A DNA stretch of 64,000 nt from Blastocatellia bacterium (GTDB lineage: Bacteria; Acidobacteriota; Blastocatellia; UBA7656), in the NCBI GenBank assembly GCA_035649735.1, contig DASRIZ010000305.1, positions 14,998-78,997 on the forward strand. Reading direction: 5' to 3'. Made by a program: the position numbers and the translations under genes. The notes under the pieces were generated by a model. The model searched no databases and had not been told where the DNA came from. It worked only from the letters and a program-made list of their open reading frames with translations. Shown here in pieces: positions 9,181 to 20,160 of this stretch (position 1 is its first letter; every line of letters starts with the position of its first letter).

Positions 9181-9486
9181 GTCATCCTCCTAAAGGGTTA
9201 CGGTTACGACGCGGAACTCCCCGAATATCGGTTCGCTTGGACGTCGTTACGCAGCCTGTGCAGCCGCCGAGCCGTTCTTTCGTCGGCTATTCAACGACCT
9301 TGAAATCATCGGTGAGGAAGAATCTCTGAGGCACCAAAAGTCTAAGCGGGGGTGATGAACACGTCAAGAGTAATAGTCAGATCGAATAATAATGAGCCAC
9401 GGGCCTTCATCGACACAACGCGGCGTGGACGCAACGATACAGCCTGAAGAGTCGCGGGCGACCTCAACTCACTCTCGGCCTTTCAC

Positions 9487-9951
9487 TCAAGACGCCGAAA
9501 AAGCTCCTACTTCGCCGGGCCTGCGAAGCATTTTGTTGACTTCACCGCAGTGCAGTTCTTCTTCGGCGATCATTTTGCGAGCGTATTCCTCGAGCAGAAC
9601 CGAACGATCACGAACCAGCTCCAGGAGTTCCTTGTACATTTCGGTCGCCGCCTTCTCAACCTCGAGCGACTCGCGCAGGATGTCGCCAATTTCGTGTTTG
9701 TGCGTTTCCAACAATGTTCCGACTTTAAGTGAAGGATGCTCGCCGAAATGTGTTACAAGTTCACCTGCAGCATGCGCGTGGGCGAGGCCGGTCGTCGCCT
9801 GGTCTCGAAGCCACGAGATAATGGGAATCCGGCTGTGGCCAAAAACCATAAGGGAATAGTGCGTGTATCGAACCACACCAGCCAACTCGTCTTCTAGAAT
9901 CTTGTTTAGCAACGCAACCACTGCCGCTTTATCCAACTCTTGCTGTGCCAT
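9487..9951 (-). CDS. Ferritin-like / bacterioferritin-family protein
   Basis: AGGAGG RBS. 154-aa four-helix-bundle-like sequence that aligns by eye with Bfr/Dps-like proteins (LNKILEDELAG..., EEELHCGEV). Not all canonical Bfr ferroxidase ligands are evident. Confidence 0.6.
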   Translation of the reverse strand: MAQQELDKAAVVALLNKILEDELAGVVRYTHYSLMVFGHSRIPIISWLRDQATTGLAHAHAAGELVTHFGEHPSLKVGTLLETHKHEIGDILRESLEVEKAATEMYKELLELVRDRSVLLEEYARKMIAEEELHCGEVNKMLRRPGEVGAFSAS

Positions 9952-9992
9952 TGCTTCCTCCTGTTCGGTATGTCTCGTGCTCCAATGTCGGG

Positions 9993-10020
9993 ATTATACT
10001 TGAGCTAGTTTACAATGCAA
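9993..10020 (-). promoter_or_regulatory. Sigma70-like promoter for the ferritin-like gene
   Basis: On the minus strand: TTGCAT (10020-10015), a 16-nt spacer, then TATAAT (9998-9993). This lies about 40 nt upstream of the ATG at 9951. Confidence 0.45.
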
Positions 10021-10091
10021 CGTTGCTTAGTCTTGACCCATCGCGGCTCCTCGGCGCTCGGATTGTTTGAGGCGCCCGCCGCCCGCGTGTT

Positions 10092-12413
10092 ATGGTTAGC
10101 ACTCGGCCACTCCGATCACCGCGCTATCGTCCTGTTGCAGAGGGACTCCGAAAAGTGAGCAGCGACACTCGAGCCCGCGAGGCTCTTCAAAAGTATTTTG
10201 GCTTCACTGACTTCCTTGAAGGGCAGGACGACGTCATCGCATCTGTGCTGGCCGCTCAAAACGCGGTAGTGGTGATGCCCACTGGCGGTGGTAAGTCACT
10301 CTGCTATCAATTGCCGGGGCTGATTCTCGGCGGTGTGACGCTCGTCGTTTCGCCGCTAATCGCGCTGATGAAAGACCAGGTCGATGCCCTGGCAGCGCGC
10401 GAAATCCCCACTACTTTCATCAATAGCTCGCTTGGTTATGCGGAAACAAACAAGCGGTTGAGCGAGATACGGAGAGGCCTTTACAAACTTGTCTATGTGG
10501 CGCCCGAGCGGTTTCGCAGCCAGGTTTTTATGGACACGATCGCTACGGTCAAGGTGACGTTGTTCGCCGTCGATGAAGCCCACTGCATATCCCATTGGGG
10601 TCACGATTTCCGGCCGGATTATCTGAGGCTTAAAGAAGCGATAGAACGCCTCGGGCATCCCCAGATAATCGCACTCACCGCGACCGCTACTCAAAGAGTC
10701 CGAGCGGACATAAGCGAACAGCTCGGGTTGACTGACCCTCGATATCTGGTAGCGGGCTTTGACCGGCCAAACCTCGCACTACGAGTCGTTCACGTCTCGA
10801 CTGAGAAAGAGAAACTGGACACGCTCAAGCAAATAATTAAAAAGTCGGGCGGCGCGGGAATAATTTATGCCGCGACTCGCAAAAGCGTCGAGCAGATTGC
10901 CGCTAAGCTCAAGATGGCCGGGCTTAGCGTTGAACCCTACCACGGCGGTATGGGAGAGCATGAGCGAACTCGCGCACAGGACAGTTTCATGAGTGGCCGC
11001 GTTCAGGCCATCGTCGCAACAAACGCGTTTGGGATGGGAATCGACAAACGAGACATTCGATTCGTCGTTCATTATCACCTGCCCGGTTCTATCGAAGCAT
11101 ACTATCAAGAGGTGGGCCGCGCCGGGCGGGACGGCCGTCCCGCTGACTGTCTGCTGCTGTTCAATTACGCCGACACACGCACCCAGCAGTTCTTTATCGA
11201 CGGCAACCATCCCCCGCCGGAGCTGATCCGTCGGGTCTATAACGAGATCGCTTCGTTCGGTCGCGAGAAGATCGAGATGTCCGCGCGCGAGCTGGCTCAG
11301 CGGCTGGGCGAGAAGAATGAAATGTCCGTCTATACGGCGCTGGTGGTGCTCGAAAAGGCCGGTCACATCGAGCGAGGCCGGCCAACCGACAAGAACATCA
11401 TAGCCCGGTTGACGGCTCGTGTGGACTTTGCGTTGGAACAAGTCGATGGTGATTCAACCGAGGGCTCGGTCCTGCGAGAACTGATCTTTAATTTGGACAT
11501 CAATGATCGCGATCAAACCGAGATCGATCTGAACACGATGCGAAGAGCGCTCGATCTGGAGGATGGGCAGATTCGCCGCGCGCTTCGTGGGCTCTCGGCG
11601 CGGGGCGTGATCTCTTATCGCAATGCGTACCAGGGACGTGGCATCAAACTACTGGATGACCCTCCGGCGCAGACCCTGCGCATCGACACAAAGGAACTGG
11701 CGGCGCGGGCAGCGGCGGAGCAATGGAAGCTTCGCAAAATGATCGACTATTGCTACGCCAAAGCCTGTCTTCGCCGGTTCATCCTGAACTACTTTGGCGA
11801 TCGAAAAAAGGTCGAGCGGTGTCAGAGCTGTTCTGTTTGCGCGCCTCACCCGTCGAGTTATGTAGAGTCTTCGCCTTCAAAAAATGCTCGTGCCCGAGCG
11901 GGCACGTTGAGCATTGGATCGGCGCCGCGCTCAACGACGCTCCCAGCCGCTACCGCGATAGAAGAAATGATCATCGACAATGCGCCAATAGGCGCCGAGC
12001 TTCGAGCCGATTTGCGAAAGCGCGCCGAACTTGAGCGCTCAATGAACGCGGCGGCGAGCAATATTGAACCGGAGGGACCAGGCGGACGAATTCTCACCGC
12101 AGCCGAAGCGATTGTCGTGAAAAAGATTTTGAGCTGCGTGGCCAGACTGAACGGCAGGTTTGGCAAGGGGACAGTTGCGGCGGTGCTTCGCGGTTCGAGT
12201 TCAAAGCAGGTGATGGACAATCATCTCGAGAGGCTCTCTACTTACGGGCTGCTAAAAGAGATGACTCAGGACGACATAACCGCCTATGTTAAGGGGCTCA
12301 TTCAAGCCGGGTGCATTGCGGTAGGCCGAGGGCAGTATCCAACAGTCAGCCTCTCGGAATTTGGCAGAGAGGTTATGCTGTCTCGCGCCGAAGTATATCT
12401 CGATCTTCCTTAA
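10092..12413 (+). CDS. recQ: ATP-dependent DNA helicase RecQ (long form with C-terminal extension)
   Basis: MPTGGGKSLCYQLP Walker A, DEAHCISHWGHDFRPDY, and zinc-binding C-x-C cysteines (CQSCSVC). Carries an additional C-terminal winged-helix-like region. Length 773 aa. Confidence 0.92.
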   Translation: MVSTRPLRSPRYRPVAEGLRKVSSDTRAREALQKYFGFTDFLEGQDDVIASVLAAQNAVVVMPTGGGKSLCYQLPGLILGGVTLVVSPLIALMKDQVDALAAREIPTTFINSSLGYAETNKRLSEIRRGLYKLVYVAPERFRSQVFMDTIATVKVTLFAVDEAHCISHWGHDFRPDYLRLKEAIERLGHPQIIALTATATQRVRADISEQLGLTDPRYLVAGFDRPNLALRVVHVSTEKEKLDTLKQIIKKSGGAGIIYAATRKSVEQIAAKLKMAGLSVEPYHGGMGEHERTRAQDSFMSGRVQAIVATNAFGMGIDKRDIRFVVHYHLPGSIEAYYQEVGRAGRDGRPADCLLLFNYADTRTQQFFIDGNHPPPELIRRVYNEIASFGREKIEMSARELAQRLGEKNEMSVYTALVVLEKAGHIERGRPTDKNIIARLTARVDFALEQVDGDSTEGSVLRELIFNLDINDRDQTEIDLNTMRRALDLEDGQIRRALRGLSARGVISYRNAYQGRGIKLLDDPPAQTLRIDTKELAARAAAEQWKLRKMIDYCYAKACLRRFILNYFGDRKKVERCQSCSVCAPHPSSYVESSPSKNARARAGTLSIGSAPRSTTLPAATAIEEMIIDNAPIGAELRADLRKRAELERSMNAAASNIEPEGPGGRILTAAEAIVVKKILSCVARLNGRFGKGTVAAVLRGSSSKQVMDNHLERLSTYGLLKEMTQDDITAYVKGLIQAGCIAVGRGQYPTVSLSEFGREVMLSRAEVYLDLP

Positions 12414-12468
12414 GACTGTCCGAGAGTGTTCTTGCTTCTGATGTGATAGATTCTGATTGGAGTTATTA

Positions 12469-13614
12469 ATGCAAACCGAACAACCGGCTTCCGGAGTTCT
12501 GCAAATCAATGAGAAAGGCTTTGGCTTTCTTAGGCACGCAGGATCCAACTATCTGCCATCGCCAAAGGATGTTTTTGTCCCGCGAAACTTGATTCAACAC
12601 TTCAGGCTCAGGGAGGGTGTGCATCTCACAGGAACAGCGGCTCCTGGCGAGAACGGGAGAGGTGGGCGAGGACGAGTTCAGTCAGACCAACTCACCAGCA
12701 TCGAGCAGATCAACGGAACAGATCCGGATCAGTATTCGCGGATGCCGGAGTTCACTAAATTGACCAGCGTCGATCCCACGGAACGGCTGGAATTGTCGGC
12801 GGGTAATCCTAATATTTCAATGCGCGTGCTGGATCTGATCGCGCCGATAGGTAAGGGACAACGTGGTTTGATAGTCGCGCCTCCAAAAACCGGAAAGACC
12901 ACGCTAATCGAGGAGATCGCGGAAGCCGTCGCCGACAATCATCCTGAGACTTATCTGGTTGTGCTGTTGGTCGATGAACGCCCCGAGGAAGTTACCCACT
13001 TAAAGCGCCGGGTACGTGGCGAAGTGATCGCCTCATCCGCGGATCAAAACGCCGATTATCATCTGATGATTACACACCTGGTGCACGAACGTGTGAAGCG
13101 CATGGTCGAATGCGGTCAGGACGTAGTGATGCTGCTTGATTCGATCACCCGGCTGGCGCGTGCGTCGAACCGCGAGACTAGTCGGCGCGGGCGAACGATG
13201 AGCGGAGGTGTAGACACGCGGGCTCTCGAATTCCCCCGCAAGTTTTTTGGCGCGGCCCGCAAGGCCGAAGAGGGCGGTTCGCTTACGATCATCGGGACCG
13301 CTCTGATCGACACCGGCAGCCAAATGGACGAAGTGATTTTTCAGGAGTTCAAAGGAACAGGAAATCTCGAAATTGTTTTGGATCGCAGACTCGCCGAGCG
13401 GAGAATCTGGCCGGCGATCGACATTTCAAAGTCGGGCACCCGCAAAGAGGAAAAGCTGTTCGATGCTCAAGCTATGCCGCAAGTCAACCTGTTGCGACGT
13501 GCGCTTGCGGGAAAGAAGCCCATCGAGGCAATGGAGATGCTCCTCAAAGGTCTCAACGACACACGTGACAATCAGGAGTTTCTGGACCGGATGAAGCAAC
13601 ACCGAGGCGGCTAG
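12469..13614 (+). CDS. rho: Transcription termination factor Rho (no N-terminal helical bundle)
   Basis: GFGFLR cold-shock-like RNA-binding motif, PPKTGKTTL Walker A, and an RecA-type core conserved through the C-terminus. Start taken as the ATG at 12469, 6 nt after GGAG. Confidence 0.9.
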   Translation: MQTEQPASGVLQINEKGFGFLRHAGSNYLPSPKDVFVPRNLIQHFRLREGVHLTGTAAPGENGRGGRGRVQSDQLTSIEQINGTDPDQYSRMPEFTKLTSVDPTERLELSAGNPNISMRVLDLIAPIGKGQRGLIVAPPKTGKTTLIEEIAEAVADNHPETYLVVLLVDERPEEVTHLKRRVRGEVIASSADQNADYHLMITHLVHERVKRMVECGQDVVMLLDSITRLARASNRETSRRGRTMSGGVDTRALEFPRKFFGAARKAEEGGSLTIIGTALIDTGSQMDEVIFQEFKGTGNLEIVLDRRLAERRIWPAIDISKSGTRKEEKLFDAQAMPQVNLLRRALAGKKPIEAMEMLLKGLNDTRDNQEFLDRMKQHRGG

Positions 13615-13694
13615 CATCGGTTGATGCTAGCCATCCACAGTTTTCCGACCTCTACCCGACATTAATATTGATGTTCCGAAACCCCGGAACAACT

Positions 13695-13895
13695 CTAGCG
13701 GAGTTGAAGAACTACGCCGGGCTTGTTTATATTGACATCGATTTCGTGCTTCGAAGTGCCGCTTCGAAAGACACCCGAGAAATAAAGCACGGCTAACAGA
13801 ACGAGCAAAAACAGCACAACCGCAAGCACCGTCAATGCACCGCCGCCGCCGCCATCAGTGTGAACAACGTGCTCCTCTATTACCCTGTCTGCCAT
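13695..13895 (-). CDS. Small membrane protein, hypothetical
   Basis: AAGGAG RBS, a single strongly hydrophobic TM segment (LTVLAVVLFLLVLLAVLYF) and a glycine run. Length 66 aa. Confidence 0.5.
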   Translation of the reverse strand: MADRVIEEHVVHTDGGGGGALTVLAVVLFLLVLLAVLYFSGVFRSGTSKHEIDVNINKPGVVLQLR

Positions 13896-14219
13896 TATTA
13901 TTCTCCTTACCTAAAACTCATACCTTCCATTGTGGCTGCAACAGCGATGCCACGCAGATTTGTGCATAAGTGCGCTCCCAGAGCCGCCGCTATGCAGACC
14001 AGGCTCAGCCGCGTGGACTGATTTCAATATCAGGTGTACGGATTGAAAACACCGTGACTGAGATTGATCTCACTCGTTAATCCTGATCCGCGGGAGACGA
14101 AAACTAAACTGCGCTCGTGACTGGATGGCAATATCAGCAAAACACCAACTTCAAACCCAGAATCCGCTGTAGTAGGATTGTCATTCGACTGAAGTCTCGA
14201 ATCTAATCGACCAAGGTGA

Positions 14220-15536
14220 ATGATGAATCAAATCTATATCCGTGACGTATCGAAGCACGTCGGCGAAGAGATCACTCTCAAAGGCTGGCTCTACAACATG
14301 CGCTCGAGCGGCAAACTCATGTTTCCGCAAATCCGGGACGGGTCAGGAATCATCCAGGGCGTAGTTTTCAAGAAGAATGTCCCGGAGCAAGTGTGGAGCG
14401 ATTTTGAGAAGCTCACCCAGGAATCCTCAATAATCGTTACCGGCTCCGTTCGTGCCGACGAGCGGGCGCCGGGTGGTTACGAAATGGACGTTACCGGCGT
14501 CGAAGTCGTCCAGGTCGCTCACGATTATCCGATCACTCCCAAAGAACACGGTGTCGAGTTTCTGATGGACAACCGGCATCTGTGGCTAAGATCCAAACGG
14601 CAACACGCGATTCTCTCGATTCGAGCAGAGGTGATCCGCGCCGTTCGCGATTTCTTCGACTCGAACGGATTTCTGCTGATGGATACGCCAATTTTTACAC
14701 CTGCGGCGTGCGAAGGCACGACGACCTTGTTCGAAGTTGATTACTTCGACGACAACAAAGCTTATCTCACGCAATCGGGTCAGCTCTACAACGAAGCGAC
14801 GGCTGCGGCGTTCGGTAAGGTGTATTGCTTCGGTCCGACGTTTCGCGCAGAGAAGTCAAAGACCCGCCGGCATCTGACAGAATTCTGGATGGTTGAGCCG
14901 GAAGTTGCCTATGCCGAGCTCGATGACATCATGAATCTCGCCGAGGAGTTCATAACATTCATCGTGCAGCGAGTGCTCGAAAATCGCCGCAAGGAACTGA
15001 CAGAGCTCGAACGCGACATTTCAAAGCTGGAGAAGATCGCGCCGCCGTTTCCGAGGCTGCCTTATGACGATGCGGTAAAGATGCTTCAGGAGGCACACGC
15101 GAAAGGCGAACTTCAGGAACGATTCGAATGGGGCGGCGACTTTGGGGCGCCCGATGAAACTTATCTATCGAACCAGTTTGATCGCCCGGTAATGGTCCAT
15201 CGTTACCCGGCGGCGGTGAAGGCATTTTACATGAAGTCGGACCCGAATAGGCCCGATCTCGCGCTGTGCGTTGATGTGCTTGCTTCCGAGGGCTATGGCG
15301 AAGTGATCGGTGGCGGCCAACGGGCGGACAACCTTGAATACTTGTTGAAACAGATTCAAACACACGGATTGCCGGAAGAGGCGTTCGACTGGTATCTCGA
15401 CCTGCGAAAATACGGAACGTTTCCACACGGCGGGTTTGGCATGGGCATCGAGCGCTGCACGTCGTGGCTGTGCGGCATCGAACACATTCGAGAGACGATT
15501 CCTTTTCCGAGGATGCTCTACAGATTGAAGCCGTAA
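14220..15536 (+). CDS. asnS: Asparagine--tRNA ligase
   Basis: Class IIb synthetase motifs: [25 protein letters not shown] and [10 protein letters not shown]. The 438-aa short AsnRS architecture. Distinction from archaeal-type AspRS rests on the [11 protein letters not shown] motif. Confidence 0.85.
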   Translation: MMNQIYIRDVSKHVGEEITLKGWLYNMRSSGKLMFPQIRDGSGIIQGVVFKKNVPEQVWSDFEKLTQESSIIVTGSVRADERAPGGYEMDVTGVEVVQVAHDYPITPKEHGVEFLMDNRHLWLRSKRQHAILSIRAEVIRAVRDFFDSNGFLLMDTPIFTPAACEGTTTLFEVDYFDDNKAYLTQSGQLYNEATAAAFGKVYCFGPTFRAEKSKTRRHLTEFWMVEPEVAYAELDDIMNLAEEFITFIVQRVLENRRKELTELERDISKLEKIAPPFPRLPYDDAVKMLQEAHAKGELQERFEWGGDFGAPDETYLSNQFDRPVMVHRYPAAVKAFYMKSDPNRPDLALCVDVLASEGYGEVIGGGQRADNLEYLLKQIQTHGLPEEAFDWYLDLRKYGTFPHGGFGMGIERCTSWLCGIEHIRETIPFPRMLYRLKP

Positions 15537-15566
15537 AATAGACACCCGCGGAAAGAGTTAAGCCGG

Positions 15567-16112
15567 ATGGAAGATCCAAACACGAGGTCAAATCGAATCA
15601 CGGTCTTCGGAGGCTCGCGGTGTGGACCGGACTCCGCCGAGTATCAAGAGGCGCTCAAGCTCGGCCGTTTGTTAGTAGAAGCCGGCTTCGATGTGTGTTC
15701 AGGCGGCTATGCCGGCATAATGGAAGCGATCAGCCGTGGCGCCCACGAAGCAGGCGGCAACGTGATCGGCGTCACCATGGAGCAATTCAAATCTGCTCCC
15801 AATCCTTATCTTAGGAAGATAGAGCCCAGCGCTGATTTCTATGCGCGTCTCCAGATATTGATTCGCGAGTCGGCCGGATATATCGCACTGCGTGGAGGCA
15901 TGGGAACCGTCACCGAAATCTCGCTTGTATGGAACAAGCTGGTGATGAACGTGCTTCCAAAACGGCCGTTAATATTGCTTGGCGAATGCTGGCCCCCGTC
16001 AATAAATTGTCTCCGTCAGCATCTCGTAGTCTCTGATAGTGACCTGGGTCATCTCACGTTCGTGGCTAACGCTGATCAAGCCGTTGCGGTTCTGAAAATA
16101 CTCTTGCCTTAA
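15567..16112 (+). CDS. LOG-family (TIGR00730) nucleotide phosphoribohydrolase-like protein
   Basis: ITVFGGSR...SGGYAGIMEA...GGMGTVTEI pattern, typical of LOG / lysine-decarboxylase-like proteins. Confidence 0.75.
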   Translation: MEDPNTRSNRITVFGGSRCGPDSAEYQEALKLGRLLVEAGFDVCSGGYAGIMEAISRGAHEAGGNVIGVTMEQFKSAPNPYLRKIEPSADFYARLQILIRESAGYIALRGGMGTVTEISLVWNKLVMNVLPKRPLILLGECWPPSINCLRQHLVVSDSDLGHLTFVANADQAVAVLKILLP

Positions 16113-16350
16113 GCATCGGCGTGGCAATTCCTCACTTCTTGCAATTTGGTTGCAACGGTTCGCAGGTCTATCTAATGGCATCTCACACTGGTAGTATTGA
16201 CAGTATCAAAACAAAGAAGTTTGGAGTATGGGTAGTTGACTCACGGGTAGAACGACCTCTCAGAAGCAGTTCACCTAAAGTAGTCCTGTAGTCCCAACTC
16301 AAAAAAAACATAAATTAACGCGCGACTGTGGCCAGCGCGAAGGAGTACCA

Positions 16351-17445
16351 GTGAAACTAAGCCAGTTTTGTGCCCCAAGCCCGAACAGCCCTAACAGAAC
16401 GAAACTTGTTGTTAAAAAAGTCCTTACGAGCCTCGCCGCAACAGTGGCAATCGCAATCGCAACCCACGACACAGCTCATGAGCTTCCTCCTGTATTAGAA
16501 CAGGTCGAGAGCGCGCCGACAGTCCGTCTTGGACTAAGTCGTCAGCGCGGCGCCTTTAGAAACGCGGTAAGCATGCTCAAGCAGGCCGCCCCGGAAAATG
16601 AGCGACTCGCCGACTACTATGAACGCGTCACCAGACGCGTAAAGGGTCATGGCGACGAAGCCGAACAGAACGACGGGGTGGGAGTGGCGATAACAGTTCG
16701 CCCGCCCAGTCGGTCCTCCGCAGTCCGTTCGCAGGTTTCATCTCAAGGCTTAGTCGGAGTGGCCCAAGCGGCGTCGTTGGCCCAACCCGCCGCCCGAGCC
16801 CTCGGTTCCCAGGAAACCGATTTCAGCTCTCGTGAAGAGACCGCCGGGTCACTCACTGTAGGCGATGTCGCATTTGACACAAACGCAGCGATTGACCGCT
16901 GGATAGATTACTATACCGAGTCTCCGATCGGCCGAAGCACTCTAAGGATCGGGATCTTACGAAGCAACTCATATCTCGAAATGGCGCGCGCCGAGTTTCG
17001 CAAGGCCGGCGTTCCCGAAGACCTGGTCTGGCTCGCCTTTGTGGAGAGTGTTTGGAACCCCCGGGCAGTCTCACCAGCCGCCGCCGGCGGACTCTGGCAG
17101 TTCATACCTGGAACTGCGACCGAGTACGGACTTCGCGTTGAGAGCGGAAACGACGAGCGCTCGGATCCGTTGAAGCAAACCCGCGTGGCTGCAGCGTACC
17201 TTCGCGACCTCTACACGATTTTTGGCGACTGGAGCCTTGCAATGGCCGCGTACAACTCAGGTGAATCCCGGGTAATGGGCGCGATTGTAAAAAACGGCAA
17301 CGCGAATTTCTGGGAGCTTTCGGCCAAACAACTACTACCGAAAGAAACCTGCGAGTATGTCCCAAAAATCCTGGCGTCAATAAAGGTGGCAGGCCGCGCC
17401 GAGGGCAATGGGTTCGCTACGATAGATACAGTCAACGCAGACTAA
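16351..17445 (+). CDS. Lytic murein transglycosylase (SLT domain)
   Basis: GTG start after AAGGAG. The SLT catalytic region AFVESVWNPRAVSPAAAGGLWQFIPGTA...AAYNSGE sits in the C-terminal half. Confidence 0.85.
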   Translation: MKLSQFCAPSPNSPNRTKLVVKKVLTSLAATVAIAIATHDTAHELPPVLEQVESAPTVRLGLSRQRGAFRNAVSMLKQAAPENERLADYYERVTRRVKGHGDEAEQNDGVGVAITVRPPSRSSAVRSQVSSQGLVGVAQAASLAQPAARALGSQETDFSSREETAGSLTVGDVAFDTNAAIDRWIDYYTESPIGRSTLRIGILRSNSYLEMARAEFRKAGVPEDLVWLAFVESVWNPRAVSPAAAGGLWQFIPGTATEYGLRVESGNDERSDPLKQTRVAAAYLRDLYTIFGDWSLAMAAYNSGESRVMGAIVKNGNANFWELSAKQLLPKETCEYVPKILASIKVAGRAEGNGFATIDTVNAD

Positions 17446-17477
17446 CGACAGACAACCCACTCATCATCTCATCGAAT

Positions 17478-17507
17478 GGAGGCTGCTCTAAGCAGCCTCT
17501 TTTTTTC
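17478..17507 (+). terminator. Rho-independent terminator
   Basis: GAGGCTGCT-CTA-AGCAGCCTC stem-loop followed by TTTTTTT, 33 nt after the stop at 17445. Confidence 0.85.
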
Positions 17508-17649
17508 ACAATCCTCCTATCAAATCGTCTTTCTTGCGACTACCAGGGTGGAATGGGAGAATATCCCTGCGAAAGCACCTGGTTAAGCGGTGCCGTGAAC
17601 CACGTTGTAAATGAATTCTTTCGCTCGGTTAGAGTGCGACGACAAAATA

Positions 17650-18561
17650 ATGAAAAAGAAGGCCAAGATAATTGGAGTGCCAATGGATCTGGGCGCCGGC
17701 CGGCGCGGCGTCGACATGGGTCCTTCGGCGATCCGAATAGCCGGGCTTAACCAGGCCATTGCGTTTCTGGGTTACGAGGTGACCGACGCGGGCAATGTCC
17801 ACGTACACCCACCCGAAGCCGTCGAAGAAATGAACCCGCGCGCCAGGTACCTTTCGCAGATCGCAGCCGCAACCGAGGAGCTGGCGGCAATGACCGAAGC
17901 GGCGTTAGAAGACGGCGCCCTGCCGGTCGTTCTCGGCGGAGATCACTCGATAGCTATAGGAAGTGTCGCCGGTCTGGCGTCGTTCTATCGCAAGCGCAAC
18001 CAGAGAGTCGGGATCATTTGGCTGGACGCCCACGCGGATTCAAACACACCTGAGACATCACCCTCAGGGAATATTCACGGTATGCCGCTCGCTGTGCTAC
18101 TGGGTCGCGGCGCTCGGGAGCTCACCCACGTCGCGGGTTTTGCGCCAAAGGTGCTTCCAGAGGATACCGCGATCATCGGCGCTCGAAGCATCGACCCCGG
18201 CGAGCGCGCTCTGTTGAAATCGATGGGTATCCGGGTATTCACGATGAGCGAGCTCGATGAGCGCGGGATGTCAGACGTGATTCTCGAGGCGGTTGAGATC
18301 GCCGGTGTAAACACTGCCGGGCTTCACGTGACTATGGACATGGATTTTCTCGATCCGTTCTATGCGCCGGGGGTCGGAACACCTGAACGCGGTGGAGCAA
18401 CATATCGGGAGGCTCACTTGGCGATGGAGAAGATCGCCGAATCCGGACGAGTTCTTTCAGTTGAGCTCACCGAGGTGAACCCGGTATTCGATAAGGCCAA
18501 TCAGACGGCGCAACTGGCGGTTGAGTTGATACTATCGGCGCTGGGAAAGAAGATCCTTTAG
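17650..18561 (+). CDS. rocF: Arginase (ureohydrolase family)
   Basis: ORF trimmed to the ATG at 17650 ([15 protein letters not shown]). Mn-binding motifs [33 protein letters not shown] and MDMDFLDP. Confidence 0.85.
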   Translation: MKKKAKIIGVPMDLGAGRRGVDMGPSAIRIAGLNQAIAFLGYEVTDAGNVHVHPPEAVEEMNPRARYLSQIAAATEELAAMTEAALEDGALPVVLGGDHSIAIGSVAGLASFYRKRNQRVGIIWLDAHADSNTPETSPSGNIHGMPLAVLLGRGARELTHVAGFAPKVLPEDTAIIGARSIDPGERALLKSMGIRVFTMSELDERGMSDVILEAVEIAGVNTAGLHVTMDMDFLDPFYAPGVGTPERGGATYREAHLAMEKIAESGRVLSVELTEVNPVFDKANQTAQLAVELILSALGKKIL

Positions 18562-18580
18562 ACGCGGTTGTCCAAAACAG

Positions 18581-18922
18581 ATGCCAGAGCAGACATACTT
18601 AAACGATCTGGATTCCGATCCTCGCACCGCACAGTCGCTCGAGCATCGCAAACTCGTTGTCGAACTTGAGGACCGGATCTCAAAGCTCAACGATCAGGCG
18701 AAAATCTTTATCCCATTGATCGCAATGTGTCTTATCGTAGCGATTCCGATCTGGTCGAAATCGCTGCAGAGGTTTCTCATCCTTCTGCTAAGCCCCTTTG
18801 TATTATTGCCACTGGGATTCTGTCTTGTTCATCTTGTGTTGGCTTGGCGCGGAATCGCAAAGGCTCGGACTCGGATACGTGAGTGGGAACGGGTTAACCA
18901 AATTCTGTCCGGCAAACTTTAA
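18581..18922 (+). CDS. Hypothetical membrane protein
   Basis: Two hydrophobic segments after a charged N-terminal region. No family recognised. Confidence 0.5.
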   Translation: MPEQTYLNDLDSDPRTAQSLEHRKLVVELEDRISKLNDQAKIFIPLIAMCLIVAIPIWSKSLQRFLILLLSPFVLLPLGFCLVHLVLAWRGIAKARTRIREWERVNQILSGKL

Positions 18923-18965
18923 GTTTGTCGACTAACACAACGCAACGACAAACTGAAGTTTGTCG
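18911..18965. repeat. Tandem pair of AAC-T(G/T)AA-GTT palindromes
   Basis: GGCAAACTTTAAGTTTGTCG at 18911-18930 and the perfect CGACAAACTGAAGTTTGTCG at 18946-18965, which is identical to 3897-3916. Confidence 0.8.
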
Positions 18966-18984
18966 GACAACTGGAGCCAGCAAA

Positions 18985-20109
18985 TTGAAGCGGAAACTTA
19001 GGGTTGGTGTGATTTTCGGAGGGCGTTCCGGCGAACACGAGGTGTCGTTGCGGTCTGCGGAATCCGTAATAAACGCAATAGACAAGACCAGATACGACGT
19101 AGTGCCGATTGCCATCACCACAGAAGGGCGCTGGTTGACGTCTGGGGATGCAGCGGCGCTGCTGCCGGCGGCGGTGATGGCTTCAAACAGCCATCGACAG
19201 GTCGCGATCATCGGCGACCCAACGCGACATGGGCTTACGCGTCTCGATGAGCGCGAACACGTTGTGCCCAGTGAGCCGCTTGACGCGATCTTCCCGGTGT
19301 TGCACGGCACCTACGGAGAAGACGGAACGATTCAAGGTCTGTTTGAGATGGCCGGCGTGCCGTATGTAGGGTGCGGTGTCCTCGCTTCCGCGACCGGCAT
19401 GGACAAAATTGCGATGAAGCAGTTGTTCGAACGTGCCGGGCTGGAACTCATCGATTACGATTGGTTCCCGCGCTCCGAATGGGAGAAGAATCGCGACGCG
19501 GTGATCAAACGCGTCAGCCGTTTGCTCGGTTTCCCCGTATTCGTCAAGCCCGCGAATCTAGGCTCATCGGTCGGCATCTCAAAAGCGGCCAACAAGCTTG
19601 AGTTGTGCGATGCAATCGACGACGCCGCACGATACGATCGTAAGGTGGTTGTAGAGCGCGCGGTCAACGGGCGCGAGATAGAGGTTAGCATTCTCGGAAA
19701 CGAGAATCCGATCGCGAGCCTTCCGGGTGAGATTATTACCGGGCACGAGTTCTACGACTACGAAGACAAATACATCGATACGACATCGCGAACCGAGGTT
19801 CCAGCAAAGCTGCCAAAGAAGATCATCAGCCGCATTCAGCGTGATGCGATTCGAGCTTTCCAGGCAATCGACGGTTCAGGTCTTGCCCGCGTGGATTTCT
19901 TTGTCGAGCGGGGAACGAACCGGGTCATCATAAACGAGATAAACACGATGCCGGGCTTCACGTCGATCAGCATGTATCCGAAGTTGTGGGAGGCGAGCGG
20001 AATCCCTTACTCGGATTTGATCGACCGGCTGATCCAGCTGGCGATCGAACGCCACGCGGACAAGTCCCGAAATCTCACAAGCTACCAACCGAGGCAGATG
20101 AAGAAATAG
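18985..20109 (+). CDS. ddl: D-alanine--D-alanine ligase
   Basis: ORF 18925..20109 trimmed to the TTG at 18985 (GGAG 8 nt upstream), since the earlier part translates the palindromes. [17 protein letters not shown] and an ATP-grasp C-terminal EINTMPGFT. Confidence 0.88.
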   Translation: MKRKLRVGVIFGGRSGEHEVSLRSAESVINAIDKTRYDVVPIAITTEGRWLTSGDAAALLPAAVMASNSHRQVAIIGDPTRHGLTRLDEREHVVPSEPLDAIFPVLHGTYGEDGTIQGLFEMAGVPYVGCGVLASATGMDKIAMKQLFERAGLELIDYDWFPRSEWEKNRDAVIKRVSRLLGFPVFVKPANLGSSVGISKAANKLELCDAIDDAARYDRKVVVERAVNGREIEVSILGNENPIASLPGEIITGHEFYDYEDKYIDTTSRTEVPAKLPKKIISRIQRDAIRAFQAIDGSGLARVDFFVERGTNRVIINEINTMPGFTSISMYPKLWEASGIPYSDLIDRLIQLAIERHADKSRNLTSYQPRQMKK

Positions 20110-20160
20110 GTGTTTCGAGCCTTCCGCGCAACGCCCGATGGCGAAGCCGATCGCATCAGC

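Noticed and set aside
9952-10091. Looked for a Fur box at the promoter of the ferritin-like gene.
   Set aside because: I could find no convincing match to the GATAATGATAATCATTATC-type consensus by eye. Only the -35/-10 hexamers are reported.
13896-14219. The 325-nt leader upstream of asnS, and other long intergenic regions (16113-16350, 20217-20533, 54838-55245), scanned for tRNA, T-box or riboswitch-like features.
   Set aside because: I saw no cloverleaf-compatible sequence (no GTTCGAATC-type T-arm) and no conserved riboswitch core that I recognise. An Infernal/Rfam scan would be needed to exclude them formally.
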